This document shows, in pieces, positions 9,826-19,278 of a DNA stretch of 64,000 nucleotides. The stretch lies in the IMG/VR virus record IMGVR_UViG_3300046318_000165, positions 1 through 64,000 of that record, one strand, 5' to 3'. Source of the stretch: a virus. How positions within the stretch are numbered: position 1 is the first letter of the stretch; every line of letters starts with the position of its first letter. Under the pieces are notes generated by a model that did no database searches, was not told the origin of the DNA, and saw only the letters and a list, made by a program, of their open reading frames with translations. A program made the translations under genes and the position numbers.

Positions 9826-9900
9826 GACTCTGTAGCTCAATAGGATAGAGCACTTCCCTGTCAAGGAAGAGGTTTGCCAGTTCGATCCTGGTCAGAGTCG
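9826..9900 (+). tRNA. tRNA-Asp(GTC)
   Basis: Acceptor GACTCTG/CAGAGTC, loop CTGTCAA. Confidence 0.92.
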
Positions 9901-9920
9901 CTTTATGGTATAATAATACT

Positions 9921-10379
9921 ATGAAAAAAATAGAAAATATAATTTGGACAGCAGCATTACTAGAGGGAGAAGGTTCGTTTCTAACAAAAACAAATGCTCA
10001 TAGACCAATAGTTAGTTGCCAAATGACAGATGTTGACGTTATAAATAATTTATATAATATTTGGGGTGGTGCGATTTATCATTCATTACCCAGAAAAGAT
10101 GGATATAAAGAAACATGGCATTGGCAACTTGGTGGAGAAGATGCAGTAGAATTAATGACAATGATTCTTCCATATATGTTTTCTAGAAGATCCGAAAAAA
10201 TTAATTCTGTATTAAATATATGGAATACACAAAAACAAAAATTGAACAATATAAATGACAATGGAATAAAAGCTGCAAAAGAATATTTAAATGGAGGAAC
10301 GTCTTTAAGAAAAGTAGCAAAAAAATATTCTATTACATATGAAACTGTAAGAAGATATATTAATAAAATAAATAAATAA
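9921..10379 (+). CDS. Free-standing LAGLIDADG homing endonuclease with C-terminal HTH
   Basis: WTAALLEGEGSF motif; SLRKVAKKYSITYETVRR HTH; AT-richer than neighbours. Confidence 0.8.
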   Translation: MKKIENIIWTAALLEGEGSFLTKTNAHRPIVSCQMTDVDVINNLYNIWGGAIYHSLPRKDGYKETWHWQLGGEDAVELMTMILPYMFSRRSEKINSVLNIWNTQKQKLNNINDNGIKAAKEYLNGGTSLRKVAKKYSITYETVRRYINKINK

Positions 10380-10383
10380 ATTT

Positions 10384-10458
10384 GCTTCTATAGTTCAACG
10401 GTTAGAACGGCTGTTTTGTAATCAGCGGATGTGGGTTCGATTCCTACTAGAAGCTCCA
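10384..10458 (+). tRNA. tRNA-Thr(TGT) with encoded CCA
   Basis: Acceptor GCTTCTA/TAGAAGC, loop TTTGTAA. Confidence 0.9.
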
Positions 10459-10503
10459 AGGTGTATAATAGATTGTAGTTTAAATAACTACTTAGGAGAT
10501 AAT

Positions 10504-10953
10504 ATGACAGTAGTATATAAAGAGCCTTTTGACAAAAGTCTAAGAGGCGATGAATTTGGAAACTTAGCACCATATCGTAATGGAAAGCCTCACAGAGGAC
10601 AAGACTGGCATCCAGCAGAAAACACAATTATTCCAGCAATTTCTGACGCAACTGTTCACAATATTTTTTGGACAGATGTTCTAGGAAATGTGGTTGAGGT
10701 TGTAGATGCAGATGGAGTATATTCGCAATATTCTCACCTTGCCAAAAAGCCAAAGAGCATTAAAAAGGGAAGTGTAATTAAGCTAGGGCAACCTGTAGGT
10801 CGCACTGGCGGAGGACCTAACACACCGTCTGGATCCGCCAGTACTGGGAGTCACCTTCATCTAGCTATGGCTAAAGTTCCTAATGTACATCTAGCACCAT
10901 ATAGCAAACTTATTGATCCACTTAAATATATTCAAAAACACAAAGGAGCATAA
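10504..10953 (+). CDS. M23 family peptidase (endolysin-like)
   Basis: HRGQD, YSHL, STGSHLH; start after RBS aggag (track extension overlaps tRNA-Thr). Confidence 0.85.
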   Translation: MTVVYKEPFDKSLRGDEFGNLAPYRNGKPHRGQDWHPAENTIIPAISDATVHNIFWTDVLGNVVEVVDADGVYSQYSHLAKKPKSIKKGSVIKLGQPVGRTGGGPNTPSGSASTGSHLHLAMAKVPNVHLAPYSKLIDPLKYIQKHKGA

Positions 10954-11129
10954 TGGCACTATACGATTATAAATGTAAGGATTGTAACATTGTTAAAATT
11001 ATTACTAGAGGATTTGACGAAGAAGATCCAGGATATAAGTGTAGTACTTGCAATTCTGACTTAATTCGTGTATACTCTAATGTAGGCGTTGCTTTCAAGG
11101 GTAGCGGATTTTATTCAACAGACAAGTAA
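10953..11129 (+). CDS. FmdB-family zinc ribbon protein (not in ORF track)
   Basis: MALYDYKCKDC...CSTC...FKGSGFYSTD. Confidence 0.85.
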   Translation: MALYDYKCKDCNIVKIITRGFDEEDPGYKCSTCNSDLIRVYSNVGVAFKGSGFYSTDK

Positions 11130-11138
11130 GGGTATATC

Positions 11139-11369
11139 TTGGTAGAAGAAGCAGTAAAGACAAAAGAGTGGACTCTTAGGATTGCTGATCGTTGTGACGC
11201 TAAAGACTGCGGAGCACAAGCCTATGTTAATGTAAAAGGTATTTCTGGAGAACTACTATTTTGCTCACATCACTTTAATAAGTTTGATGGAGATAAGCTA
11301 CAGGCTTTTGCTTTTGAAATTATTGACGAGCGTGAGCGTCTTATTGAGAATCGTACCAAAGAAGATTAA
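11139..11369 (+). CDS. Small actinobacterial-type Zn-binding protein
   Basis: DRCD..CGAQAYV..LLFCSHH. Confidence 0.65.
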   Translation: MVEEAVKTKEWTLRIADRCDAKDCGAQAYVNVKGISGELLFCSHHFNKFDGDKLQAFAFEIIDERERLIENRTKED

Positions 11370-11384
11370 GCGGTATAATTAATT

Positions 11385-11813
11385 ATGCAGTATTTTTTGG
11401 GATCGGTAATAACTCTAATTGTTGTTGCTGTATGTTTTAAACTATTTAAAGTTAAACAAATAGAAAAAGAAAAGCAACCTTTGCTCTATAGCCAAAGCTA
11501 TGTGTATAACTTGTTTGCTCCAATCATGCCAACAAATAATTATTTAAATAATCTAAAGCCATTGAACTCTCAAGCTAAAAAGTATTATGACAAAGCTTAT
11601 ATGAGAATTATCTTTACCAGCGATAAAGCCTACTGGATTAAAGAAAATGCACTTTATGTTGCTGATTATGTAGATGGAGAAATTTTAGAAGAATCTACAA
11701 AAACAGTTGACACAATGGGTATGGATAAGGTAGAATTAGAGAAGATGAGTTTTATCGTAGATAAGTTAACGGAAGGATTATCAAATGATAGTGGCAATTC
11801 AGGGAAGTCGTAA
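11385..11813 (+). CDS. Hypothetical membrane-anchored protein
   Basis: N-terminal hydrophobic helix. Confidence 0.6.
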   Translation: MQYFLGSVITLIVVAVCFKLFKVKQIEKEKQPLLYSQSYVYNLFAPIMPTNNYLNNLKPLNSQAKKYYDKAYMRIIFTSDKAYWIKENALYVADYVDGEILEESTKTVDTMGMDKVELEKMSFIVDKLTEGLSNDSGNSGKS

Positions 11814-12135
11814 TTTTGACGATTACCAAATTTTTCTAAGAGCAATGGGCACTGCCCTATCAACATTGCCAGAAGGCGATGATGAATTCCTAATTTATTC
11901 TGCAGGTCCTGCACAGATTAACTCATTTGGGATGGAGTTCTCTAACATCTCTGAGCGTAGTCTAAAGATTCGTGGAATCAAGATTAGACTATTTAAGATT
12001 CCACCTAGCTGGATTAGAGATAACATTCATAACATTGATTACTTTGCATACTTTAGCAAGCCAAAGGAAACTGTATCAGATCTTGTAGATCTTGCAGACT
12101 CTAAGGACGTTAATGTTGGAGTATATAGATTTTAA
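11785..12135 (+). CDS. Hypothetical protein, possibly SLOG/YspA-like
   Basis: N-terminal IVAIQGSRNFDDY. Confidence 0.5.
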   Translation: MIVAIQGSRNFDDYQIFLRAMGTALSTLPEGDDEFLIYSAGPAQINSFGMEFSNISERSLKIRGIKIRLFKIPPSWIRDNIHNIDYFAYFSKPKETVSDLVDLADSKDVNVGVYRF

Positions 12136-12503
12136 TGTTGAGTAATAGACAGGAAGCATTTCTGTCCGTTGCTAGATACATGGCTTCTAAATCAGAGTCA
12201 CGTCAAAAGCATGGGGCAGTAATAGTTAAATCTGGTAGGGTATTGGGGACTGGATTTAACAAAGATAAAAATAACCCAGACAATGTTTCACCTGAGCATA
12301 TCAAGTCTCACTGCTCTGTACACGCAGAGGTTGATGCGATAAGAGATGCCAAGTGGAATGTTAAGGGTGCAACACTATATGTTGCCAGGGTAAATCGCCA
12401 GGGCAAAGACAGAAATAGCGAACCATGTGATAGATGCAAGGTAGTTATTGAAGAGTCACAAATTAAAAAGGTAATCTATACAGGGAGTAACTGTGTTAAT
12501 TAA
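12135..12503 (+). CDS. Cytidine/dCMP deaminase-family protein
   Basis: HGAVIV, HAE and PCDRC zinc motifs. Confidence 0.85.
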   Translation: MLSNRQEAFLSVARYMASKSESRQKHGAVIVKSGRVLGTGFNKDKNNPDNVSPEHIKSHCSVHAEVDAIRDAKWNVKGATLYVARVNRQGKDRNSEPCDRCKVVIEESQIKKVIYTGSNCVN

Positions 12504-12706
12504 ATCACTAGAACAAATGGAATCTATCGTAGATTCAGATGATAGCCTAATCTGGGATGGATGGACTGTTGTCAATCTAAAGCCTGTAAAAGATGGGCTT
12601 ATGTCAAAAGATGCACTCAGGATAGATAATTCCTGGTATCTACAAAAGCGTTATGAGCCATCGGAACAGGGTTGGAATCTTCCAGATAGGTTTGTTAGAT
12701 GATTAA

Positions 12707-13000
12707 ATGGACAAGCATGAATGGAAAGACGAAGCTAACTGCATTGGATATGACACCAATATATTCTTTGACAAGTACGAAGAAGATGTTGCCCTAAGAC
12801 CAGCAGTTGACAAGTTTTGTTCTGAATGTCCATTAGCAAAGATTTGTTTTGCTGTGGGTATATCCCAAAAAGAATGGGGAGTCTGGGGAGGAATTTATCT
12901 AGAGAATGGAAAAATATCTAGAGAGTTTAACAGACATAGAACAAAGCAGGACTGGGCAGAAACATGGCAATATTTAACTATGGATTTGGACGAGAAATAA
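12707..13000 (+). CDS. whiB: WhiB-family Fe-S transcription factor
   Basis: Four Cys (ANC, CSEC, IC) and GVWGG turn. Confidence 0.88.
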   Translation: MDKHEWKDEANCIGYDTNIFFDKYEEDVALRPAVDKFCSECPLAKICFAVGISQKEWGVWGGIYLENGKISREFNRHRTKQDWAETWQYLTMDLDEK

Positions 13001-13637
13001 AATGATGTATACAGATGCAATGAAAAGAGCATTTAGATCTTTGACCCCACCAAAAGGATTCTACGTTGATATTATTGATAGCGAACACTTTTTAACAGTA
13101 AGAGCAAATGAAAAAGTTTTTATGGCATTGAGTGGACAAGACAAGATTTATGCGGTAGAATATATGATAAAGGTCAAGAAAGTGCTAGAAGAGAATGGAG
13201 CCATTGTGCTTCTAATACGAGAGGGTGGAGTGGAAGAATAATGCTTGAACTAATATCCTTCATCGTAATAATTTCTTTACTAGCAGTATCAGTTCTTGGA
13301 GTCCTATATTTGAGAATTCAAAATGTAAGACTATCAAAGACACTGGCACAAACAATTATTGATAAGATTATTGCTCTTGATAGACTAGGTAAAGAACTAG
13401 AACTAAAAGATAACAAGAGTCTTGAACAAACAGAAGGCTTTATCAAATTTGTTTCGCAATCACGAGACTATGCATTTGAGTATATTGAAGATGCACAGGA
13501 ACGTATTGCAAGTTTTGATAAAGAGTTAAATAACATTATCAATCTTGGCGGTAACAAAAAAGAAACCGTCAAACTAATTCTGGCAGCATATCAACCAATA
13601 AGGGAACTGCTACCAGAAGAACAAGGAGAAAAATAAA

Positions 13638-13901
13638 ATGAGTAAAACACTAAAGGCACTATTGGCTTCATATGGTCGTAGCGTTCTATCAGCAGCATCT
13701 GCACTATACCTTGCAGGTGTAACTGATCCAGTAGACCTAGCATGGTCACTAGTAGCAGCAGTACTTCCTGTACTAATTCGTTACATCAATCCTAATGACC
13801 CTGCTTTTGGTCGTACACCAAAGTCTGAGGAAGTTATTGATGCAATCTCTAAGGCTACTCCAAAGAAGGCTCCAGTCAAGAAGCCAGCTGCAAAAAAGTA
13901 A
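13638..13901 (+). CDS. Holin-like small membrane protein
   Basis: Two short hydrophobic helices, PND.AFG, basic C-tail. Confidence 0.55.
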   Translation: MSKTLKALLASYGRSVLSAASALYLAGVTDPVDLAWSLVAAVLPVLIRYINPNDPAFGRTPKSEEVIDAISKATPKKAPVKKPAAKK

Positions 13902-13917
13902 ATAAGAACAAAAAGAT

Positions 13918-13945
13918 AGCCAGGGATAAAACCCTGGCTTTTCTT
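13918..13945. terminator. Bidirectional terminator between convergent genes
   Basis: agccaggg-ataaaa-ccctggct with A and T runs on either side. Confidence 0.75.
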
Positions 13946-14980
13946 TTACTCGTTTATTATTTCTAAATATTTAGTTTTTAATTCATCAACAAAATGTTTT
14001 CTGCCAATATCAATTGCCTTTAATTTTTGTTGTTGTTTATCTTTAGAATTAACATAGTTGTCTATGTGCTGTGCAAGTAGTTTTGGATCTGCTTCATAAA
14101 CAGAAATCATTCCAGCCTTTGTCCTAAAACTTAGATGCACTCTAGACTGAGTTAGCCAGGATTCAGGAAGAATAAAATTGTTAGGTTCAATATTAGTCAT
14201 AAATACTGGTAGACCACTAACCAAAGCTTCATTCATAGGTAGGCATAAACCAGCATATCTTCTAGGTAATACCATAGCATCAAATCCAACATAAAGGTCT
14301 TGATTATTTTTTACATTGCTTTTGTCTATGGTCAATCTTGGATCGTTTGACATTCCCTCAAAATCACTTTGAGTTTTTATTACAAGTTCGTAATCTGCTG
14401 TAGAATGCTTTAACATCTTTAAAATAGTTTCTGTTCCATTTCTATCTTGAGCAGCAATCTTTCCAGCAATATGAAGTATTCGTAAATGATCTTTAGATAG
14501 ATTTTCTTCTCTAGCTTCTTCAAATAAACTAAAGTCTGTAGGTGGTGGTAGATGAACAACCTTACACTGTCTACCAAATAATCTATTTACCATTCCAATG
14601 TTCCAAAGACTTGGAGCAAGAAGAACGTCTGGTAGCGGAAGATGTCTCTGAGTTACATTTTCAAATAGTTCAAAGTTATATTGAAGAATAGTCTTAACTT
14701 TCTTTTCCTTGGCTTTTGTAATCAGGGTATCGCTGTAAAAGATTTCACAACTCAACACAACATCAACACTATCCAAGAATAAGTCAACTTCCGCATCAGT
14801 TGCAAAACCATTAGTAGTCATTACATCATAACCAACATACCATTCTGGATGCTGCTCATTGTTATTAAATGGAGTAGAATCAATAAGCATTATCTTTGAT
14901 GGCTCTAATAGCTTTACAAGCTCTCTTGTTTGATTTCCTAGACCAGTGTTATCTGATCTTGCAATAATTCCTAGTCTCAT
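13946..14980 (-). CDS. Glycosyltransferase (GT-B / GT4-like)
   Basis: DAMVLPRRYAGLCLPMNEALVSGLPV. Confidence 0.8.
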   Translation of the reverse strand: MRLGIIARSDNTGLGNQTRELVKLLEPSKIMLIDSTPFNNNEQHPEWYVGYDVMTTNGFATDAEVDLFLDSVDVVLSCEIFYSDTLITKAKEKKVKTILQYNFELFENVTQRHLPLPDVLLAPSLWNIGMVNRLFGRQCKVVHLPPPTDFSLFEEAREENLSKDHLRILHIAGKIAAQDRNGTETILKMLKHSTADYELVIKTQSDFEGMSNDPRLTIDKSNVKNNQDLYVGFDAMVLPRRYAGLCLPMNEALVSGLPVFMTNIEPNNFILPESWLTQSRVHLSFRTKAGMISVYEADPKLLAQHIDNYVNSKDKQQQKLKAIDIGRKHFVDELKTKYLEIINE

Positions 14981-15738
14981 ACTTCTGTCAGCCCCCAGGC
15001 ATCATCGTCTGAGGTAAACTTCCTCAAGTTCTTACGACCATCAAGATGCTGAGTAACTCTAATATCTTCTTTACCTTGTGGATTATAAAGCCAAAGCCTA
15101 TGTTCATCCCATCTTTTTAAAGTCTCGTGACAATCAGAGAAAACCTTTCCATAGAATTTATCTTCAATAAAATAATTGGGTATTGTATTTGGAAGAACCA
15201 TATGCCTATAATAAGCTACAGTAGACATATGCGGTTGTTGACTCCACTGGAAAGTTTGAATAAAATCTCCCTTTTGCTCTAGCATTAAATACATGTGATC
15301 TGGTTCAATAAAAATATTAAAAGAATAAAATCTAATTGTATAAGCTTCTTTTGAATCAAGCATATCAAGCAATACTTGCCAATCAATATCTAAATTATCT
15401 TTTAAAGCAACGTCACCCTCAATATAAAACATCAATGGTGTACGAATAAGGTCAATTGTTTCTGCCATCATTGTAGACTGGTGACTATGTTTTTCAAAAA
15501 TTACTGGTAAAACATTTTTCCATTCATGCAAAGATTTCCACAAGATACGATTCTTGTATTCATCATACTGCTCTTTTCTGTGGGCTTGTTCTTCACGCAA
15601 GCCATCAACTTGTAAGATAATTTCATTATCAGGAAAGTACTTTCTAACGCTAGAAATAACCTGATCAATTATTTCTGTACTAGGATGTATAGGACTTACA
15701 GACGTAGGCATAACTATTGTTACATCATTAATATTCAT
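14977..15738 (-). CDS. Glycosyltransferase (GT-A-like)
   Basis: TIVMPT, QVDG, YIEGD, HLDGR. Confidence 0.6.
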   Translation of the reverse strand: MNINDVTIVMPTSVSPIHPSTEIIDQVISSVRKYFPDNEIILQVDGLREEQAHRKEQYDEYKNRILWKSLHEWKNVLPVIFEKHSHQSTMMAETIDLIRTPLMFYIEGDVALKDNLDIDWQVLLDMLDSKEAYTIRFYSFNIFIEPDHMYLMLEQKGDFIQTFQWSQQPHMSTVAYYRHMVLPNTIPNYFIEDKFYGKVFSDCHETLKRWDEHRLWLYNPQGKEDIRVTQHLDGRKNLRKFTSDDDAWGLTEV

Positions 15739-16594
15739 TTACTTGCTCCATAATCTTGTTTGCAAAATCTCTTTTATATCTTATCCACCAGGAAACTATT
15801 CTGTGTAAGTTTGCTGAGTAATCAGTAAGTAAATCATTAGTTATTGATGGAAGTTCATTCCAGTTAGAAGTGGTCTGTGCTGGAAATTCTTCAGGGAATA
15901 CGTAATGGAAAAAATCAAATTCTTCACCAATAGCATTCTTAGAATCTGCAATAGGAATTGATAGCATCTCTATTGCCTCATAGAATCTAAATGAATCAAT
16001 TGTTACATTACCAGCAGGGGCAGGAACAATCCTAGATTGTGCCATATACTTGTAGTAGTCTTTAGGCTCAAAGCCTTGCATAAAGCCTTTTGTGGGGTTA
16101 TAGAAGGCATTTGGCATTGATTTCATTACTGATGCCAGCTCTTGTCGTCTTTCATGAGTTACCTGACCAGAAAAGAATAGGTCATACTCTTTCTCAGTAT
16201 ATTCAGGAATGACTGACTTCATTGTAAAAGGACATCCAATAGGAAGTTTGTGGTATGGCTCATGCTTTGGGAATGGAGACTGAACCCATACCTCCATATT
16301 GTCATGAACTAATAAACCTGGATCAAAGAATCCTGCTTCATCAGAAGTTACAAATAAAATAACTCTTTTTATTTTCGATAGCTCTAAACTAATTTTATTT
16401 TCATAGCCCAAGCTATCATAGCCAGGAATGACCACAAAAGCTCTATCCTCTTCTAAAAGAGTTTCTACCTCAAACATTTCAACTTTCTTTAGTTCAAATG
16501 TCTCTTTAAGTAATCCAAAATCACCTTTATGATTTGAATAATTCTTACCGTCTGGGGATAGTAAAAATGCTTTTATACTACTCAAGTTATTCAT
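15728..16594 (-). CDS. Exostosin/GT47-like glycosyltransferase
   Basis: LFFSGQ..R, PAPAG..SFRFYEAIE..IPI. Confidence 0.65.
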   Translation of the reverse strand: MNNLSSIKAFLLSPDGKNYSNHKGDFGLLKETFELKKVEMFEVETLLEEDRAFVVIPGYDSLGYENKISLELSKIKRVILFVTSDEAGFFDPGLLVHDNMEVWVQSPFPKHEPYHKLPIGCPFTMKSVIPEYTEKEYDLFFSGQVTHERRQELASVMKSMPNAFYNPTKGFMQGFEPKDYYKYMAQSRIVPAPAGNVTIDSFRFYEAIEMLSIPIADSKNAIGEEFDFFHYVFPEEFPAQTTSNWNELPSITNDLLTDYSANLHRIVSWWIRYKRDFANKIMEQVNEY

Positions 16595-17249
16595 ACCTTC
16601 CTTTGGTAATTTTACTTACATGATTTTTATCATCTTTATCTGGGCAATACTTTATGTCTACATCTGGAAGATTGAATGGAAGATCGTAACAATCTTCAAA
16701 TGTTGCTCCACTGCCAGGATAATGACCCCACTTGTTGTAAAAATATTGATGAAGAATATTGTCATTTGATCTAACGCCACCAAGTTTAATGCTATGCCCC
16801 ATGATTGTGTCAGACACATCAAACTTTATTTTTTCCCACCTGACATGTGGAAATGCTTTTTGAATTCTAATACTATAATCAAGATCGTCATATCCGTAAG
16901 GTGTAAAGTTTTCATCCCATCCGCCAACAGCATCAATTATGTCTCTTCTAAATGCCATTAAGTGCCATCCATAGAGTCCATACCCTTCTACAACTTGAAC
17001 ATCAGTTTTGCTTAAATACTCAATAAGGTCTTGTCCACCACTTTGTCCAAATCTAATTGCAGCACTCATTATAATAAGCCAGTCTGCATCATCTTCATAA
17101 AGTTTTTTAATACCTAAATTATGACTAGCCATAATGCCAATATTATTTTCTGTATTATCGATCTCTACTATGTTCTCAAGCTTGCAGGTTTGTATACAAG
17201 CATCTCTAAACTCTTGAACTTTATATGGTAGAACTACAACATATTTCAT
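16587..17249 (-). CDS. GT2-like glycosyltransferase
   Basis: AVGGWDENF..GYDDLDYSIR. Confidence 0.75.
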   Translation of the reverse strand: MKYVVVLPYKVQEFRDACIQTCKLENIVEIDNTENNIGIMASHNLGIKKLYEDDADWLIIMSAAIRFGQSGGQDLIEYLSKTDVQVVEGYGLYGWHLMAFRRDIIDAVGGWDENFTPYGYDDLDYSIRIQKAFPHVRWEKIKFDVSDTIMGHSIKLGGVRSNDNILHQYFYNKWGHYPGSGATFEDCYDLPFNLPDVDIKYCPDKDDKNHVSKITKGRYE

Positions 17250-18202
17250 ATGCCAAGTTCTTTCAGTATTTCTTCCCACCTATGTTTATAGGTATGTTCT
17301 TTGACTGCACGTTTATGTCCAGCTAATCTAATAGATTCTCTTAGTTCATCATCAGCAAGATACTTATCAATCTTATCTTTTAAGTCTTGAAGGTTGCCGT
17401 GCTCATAAAAAACTATTTCTTTTTCATCTTCAAAATATTGATCCAGACCAACAATCCTGGGGTAAATAGTAAAGCCACCACGACCAGTAGATTCAAAAAG
17501 TCTATCACTTGTATAATAAGGATAATCAAAACCTATATTAAGGGTATCTCCAATAGCAATCTTGCTACGAGCATACATTCTATTTAAAGCTTCTCCTCTT
17601 AGAGTTCCTGTGTCTCCATCTCCTCCAACATGAACAAAACGATCTTTATAAGTCTCTCTTAGGAAATCAATTAGTTCTGCTCTATATGGATACTCTGGGT
17701 GGTATCTCTTGCTTCCAACAAAAATAACATCCTGGTCAAAATTATTTTTATCGTATACCTTGTGAAGATAGCATTCTGGACCAAATACTCCTGCTGTTAA
17801 GAAGTGACCTTTAACGTTAGTATTATCATTAAACCAGTCAGCCATTAACTTATCTACTGTAAAGAAATGTCCAATAGTTTTATAAAAGTTGTCATTTTCT
17901 AAATCTTTTTCACGATGTAGCCCCATCCACAAGTCTAGGTGGTATGTCATTGTAGGAACTTTTCTTTCAGCAAGAATTTCTAGGACTTCATCCATTTTCA
18001 TTTTGCCTGGAGTATTCCATCCGTGAGTGTGAATCCATATAAATAAATCTGTTTGACTTGCAATTCTTAAGATTCTTTCAGAGCGAGCCTCTGTTTCTTG
18101 CATAGTTATTACCCTATGCCCCATAGATTCTAAAGTTTTTACATGATGTGTTTCGCTTGAGTAGCTTACTCTGAAGTTTCCCAGAAAAGTTATTGTTGCC
18201 AA
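17246..18202 (-). CDS. CgeB/YkvP-like glycosyltransferase
   Basis: DVIFVGS, SDRLFESTGRG, EHTYKHR. Confidence 0.75.
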   Translation of the reverse strand: MATITFLGNFRVSYSSETHHVKTLESMGHRVITMQETEARSERILRIASQTDLFIWIHTHGWNTPGKMKMDEVLEILAERKVPTMTYHLDLWMGLHREKDLENDNFYKTIGHFFTVDKLMADWFNDNTNVKGHFLTAGVFGPECYLHKVYDKNNFDQDVIFVGSKRYHPEYPYRAELIDFLRETYKDRFVHVGGDGDTGTLRGEALNRMYARSKIAIGDTLNIGFDYPYYTSDRLFESTGRGGFTIYPRIVGLDQYFEDEKEIVFYEHGNLQDLKDKIDKYLADDELRESIRLAGHKRAVKEHTYKHRWEEILKELGI

Positions 18203-18305
18203 TTTGTCTCCAATGTTTGTAATTAATTATACCATATGCTATAATTGGAATACCTGCCCAATTGGGGGGTAAAAAATAACTCGCTTAATAAAAGGAGACG
18301 ATAGT

Positions 18306-18695
18306 ATGATTACAACATCATATGCATTTGGAAACCTTGCTCAGGAATTTGAGAAGGCATTCAACAAACCAGTAAGTACCACCTACCCACCTTACAATGT
18401 CGTCAAAGTAAATGACGAAAAGTTTGTAATGGAATTTGCGGTAGCTGGATTCAAAAAGGACGAGATCAGTATTACTACTGAGAAGAACGTTCTATCCATC
18501 AAGGCAGAAAAGCCAGAGACAGATGAAAAGAAATACCTGCATAAAGGTATTGCTGCTCGTAAGTTCTCTCGCTCATTCTCACTACCTGAATTCTTTGAGG
18601 TAGAGTCTGCTGGATTTGAAGACGGTATCTTGTATATTGATCTTATTAAAAATATTCCAGAAGAGAAAAAGCCAAAGAATATTACAATTAAGTAG
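18306..18695 (+). CDS. Small heat-shock protein Hsp20 (IbpA-like)
   Basis: YPPYNV, AVAGF, YLHKGIAARKFSRSF, DGILYI. Confidence 0.92.
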   Translation: MITTSYAFGNLAQEFEKAFNKPVSTTYPPYNVVKVNDEKFVMEFAVAGFKKDEISITTEKNVLSIKAEKPETDEKKYLHKGIAARKFSRSFSLPEFFEVESAGFEDGILYIDLIKNIPEEKKPKNITIK

Positions 18696-18707
18696 TATAA
18701 TATAAGT

Positions 18708-18792
18708 GTCCCCCATACAGGCTCGCTCTTAGGATGGAGTAGTTACCAATTATAAGACCGTGCCATATGCAGGTAGAATCTGTATGGGGGAT
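18708..18792 (+). ncRNA. Candidate small structured RNA
   Basis: Perfect 12-bp closing stem tcccccatacag/ctgtatggggga; -10-like TATAAT upstream; no T tract. Confidence 0.45.
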
Positions 18793-18819
18793 TTCACCTA
18801 TCTATGGTATAATTTACAT

Positions 18820-19278
18820 ATGGAAAAACTAATCTCACAACTAAGAATGCTTCTTGCAGATAATATTGCACTTAAATTTAAGGCACATGGATATCACTGG
18901 AATGTAGAGTCAGACGACTTTAAACAATTCCACGATTTCTTTGGTGAAATTTATGAAAACTATGATGAAGCAACTGATACATATGCAGAATGGTTGCGTA
19001 TGCTAAAGGCATATGCTCCATATAGACTGGTAGACTTTTTTGATATGTCAACAGTATCAGAACCAATTATTGTGGGAGAACCAGAGCCAATGGTGGCTGA
19101 CCTATATGAGTCAATTGAAATGCATATTGAGGCACTGGTGTTAGCAAGTGACTTGGCTAATGAAGCAAAACAATACGGACTAGCAAATTTCTTTGCTGAC
19201 CGTCAAACAGCATCACAGAAGTTATGTTGGCAACTTCGTGCAAGCATGGAAGAGCCAGAAACGGAGATGGAAGACTAA
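18820..19278 (+). CDS. dps: Dps-family ferritin-like DNA protection protein
   Basis: KAHGYHWNV..F.QFHDFF.E.Y..D.YAE. Confidence 0.88.
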   Translation: MEKLISQLRMLLADNIALKFKAHGYHWNVESDDFKQFHDFFGEIYENYDEATDTYAEWLRMLKAYAPYRLVDFFDMSTVSEPIIVGEPEPMVADLYESIEMHIEALVLASDLANEAKQYGLANFFADRQTASQKLCWQLRASMEEPETEMED

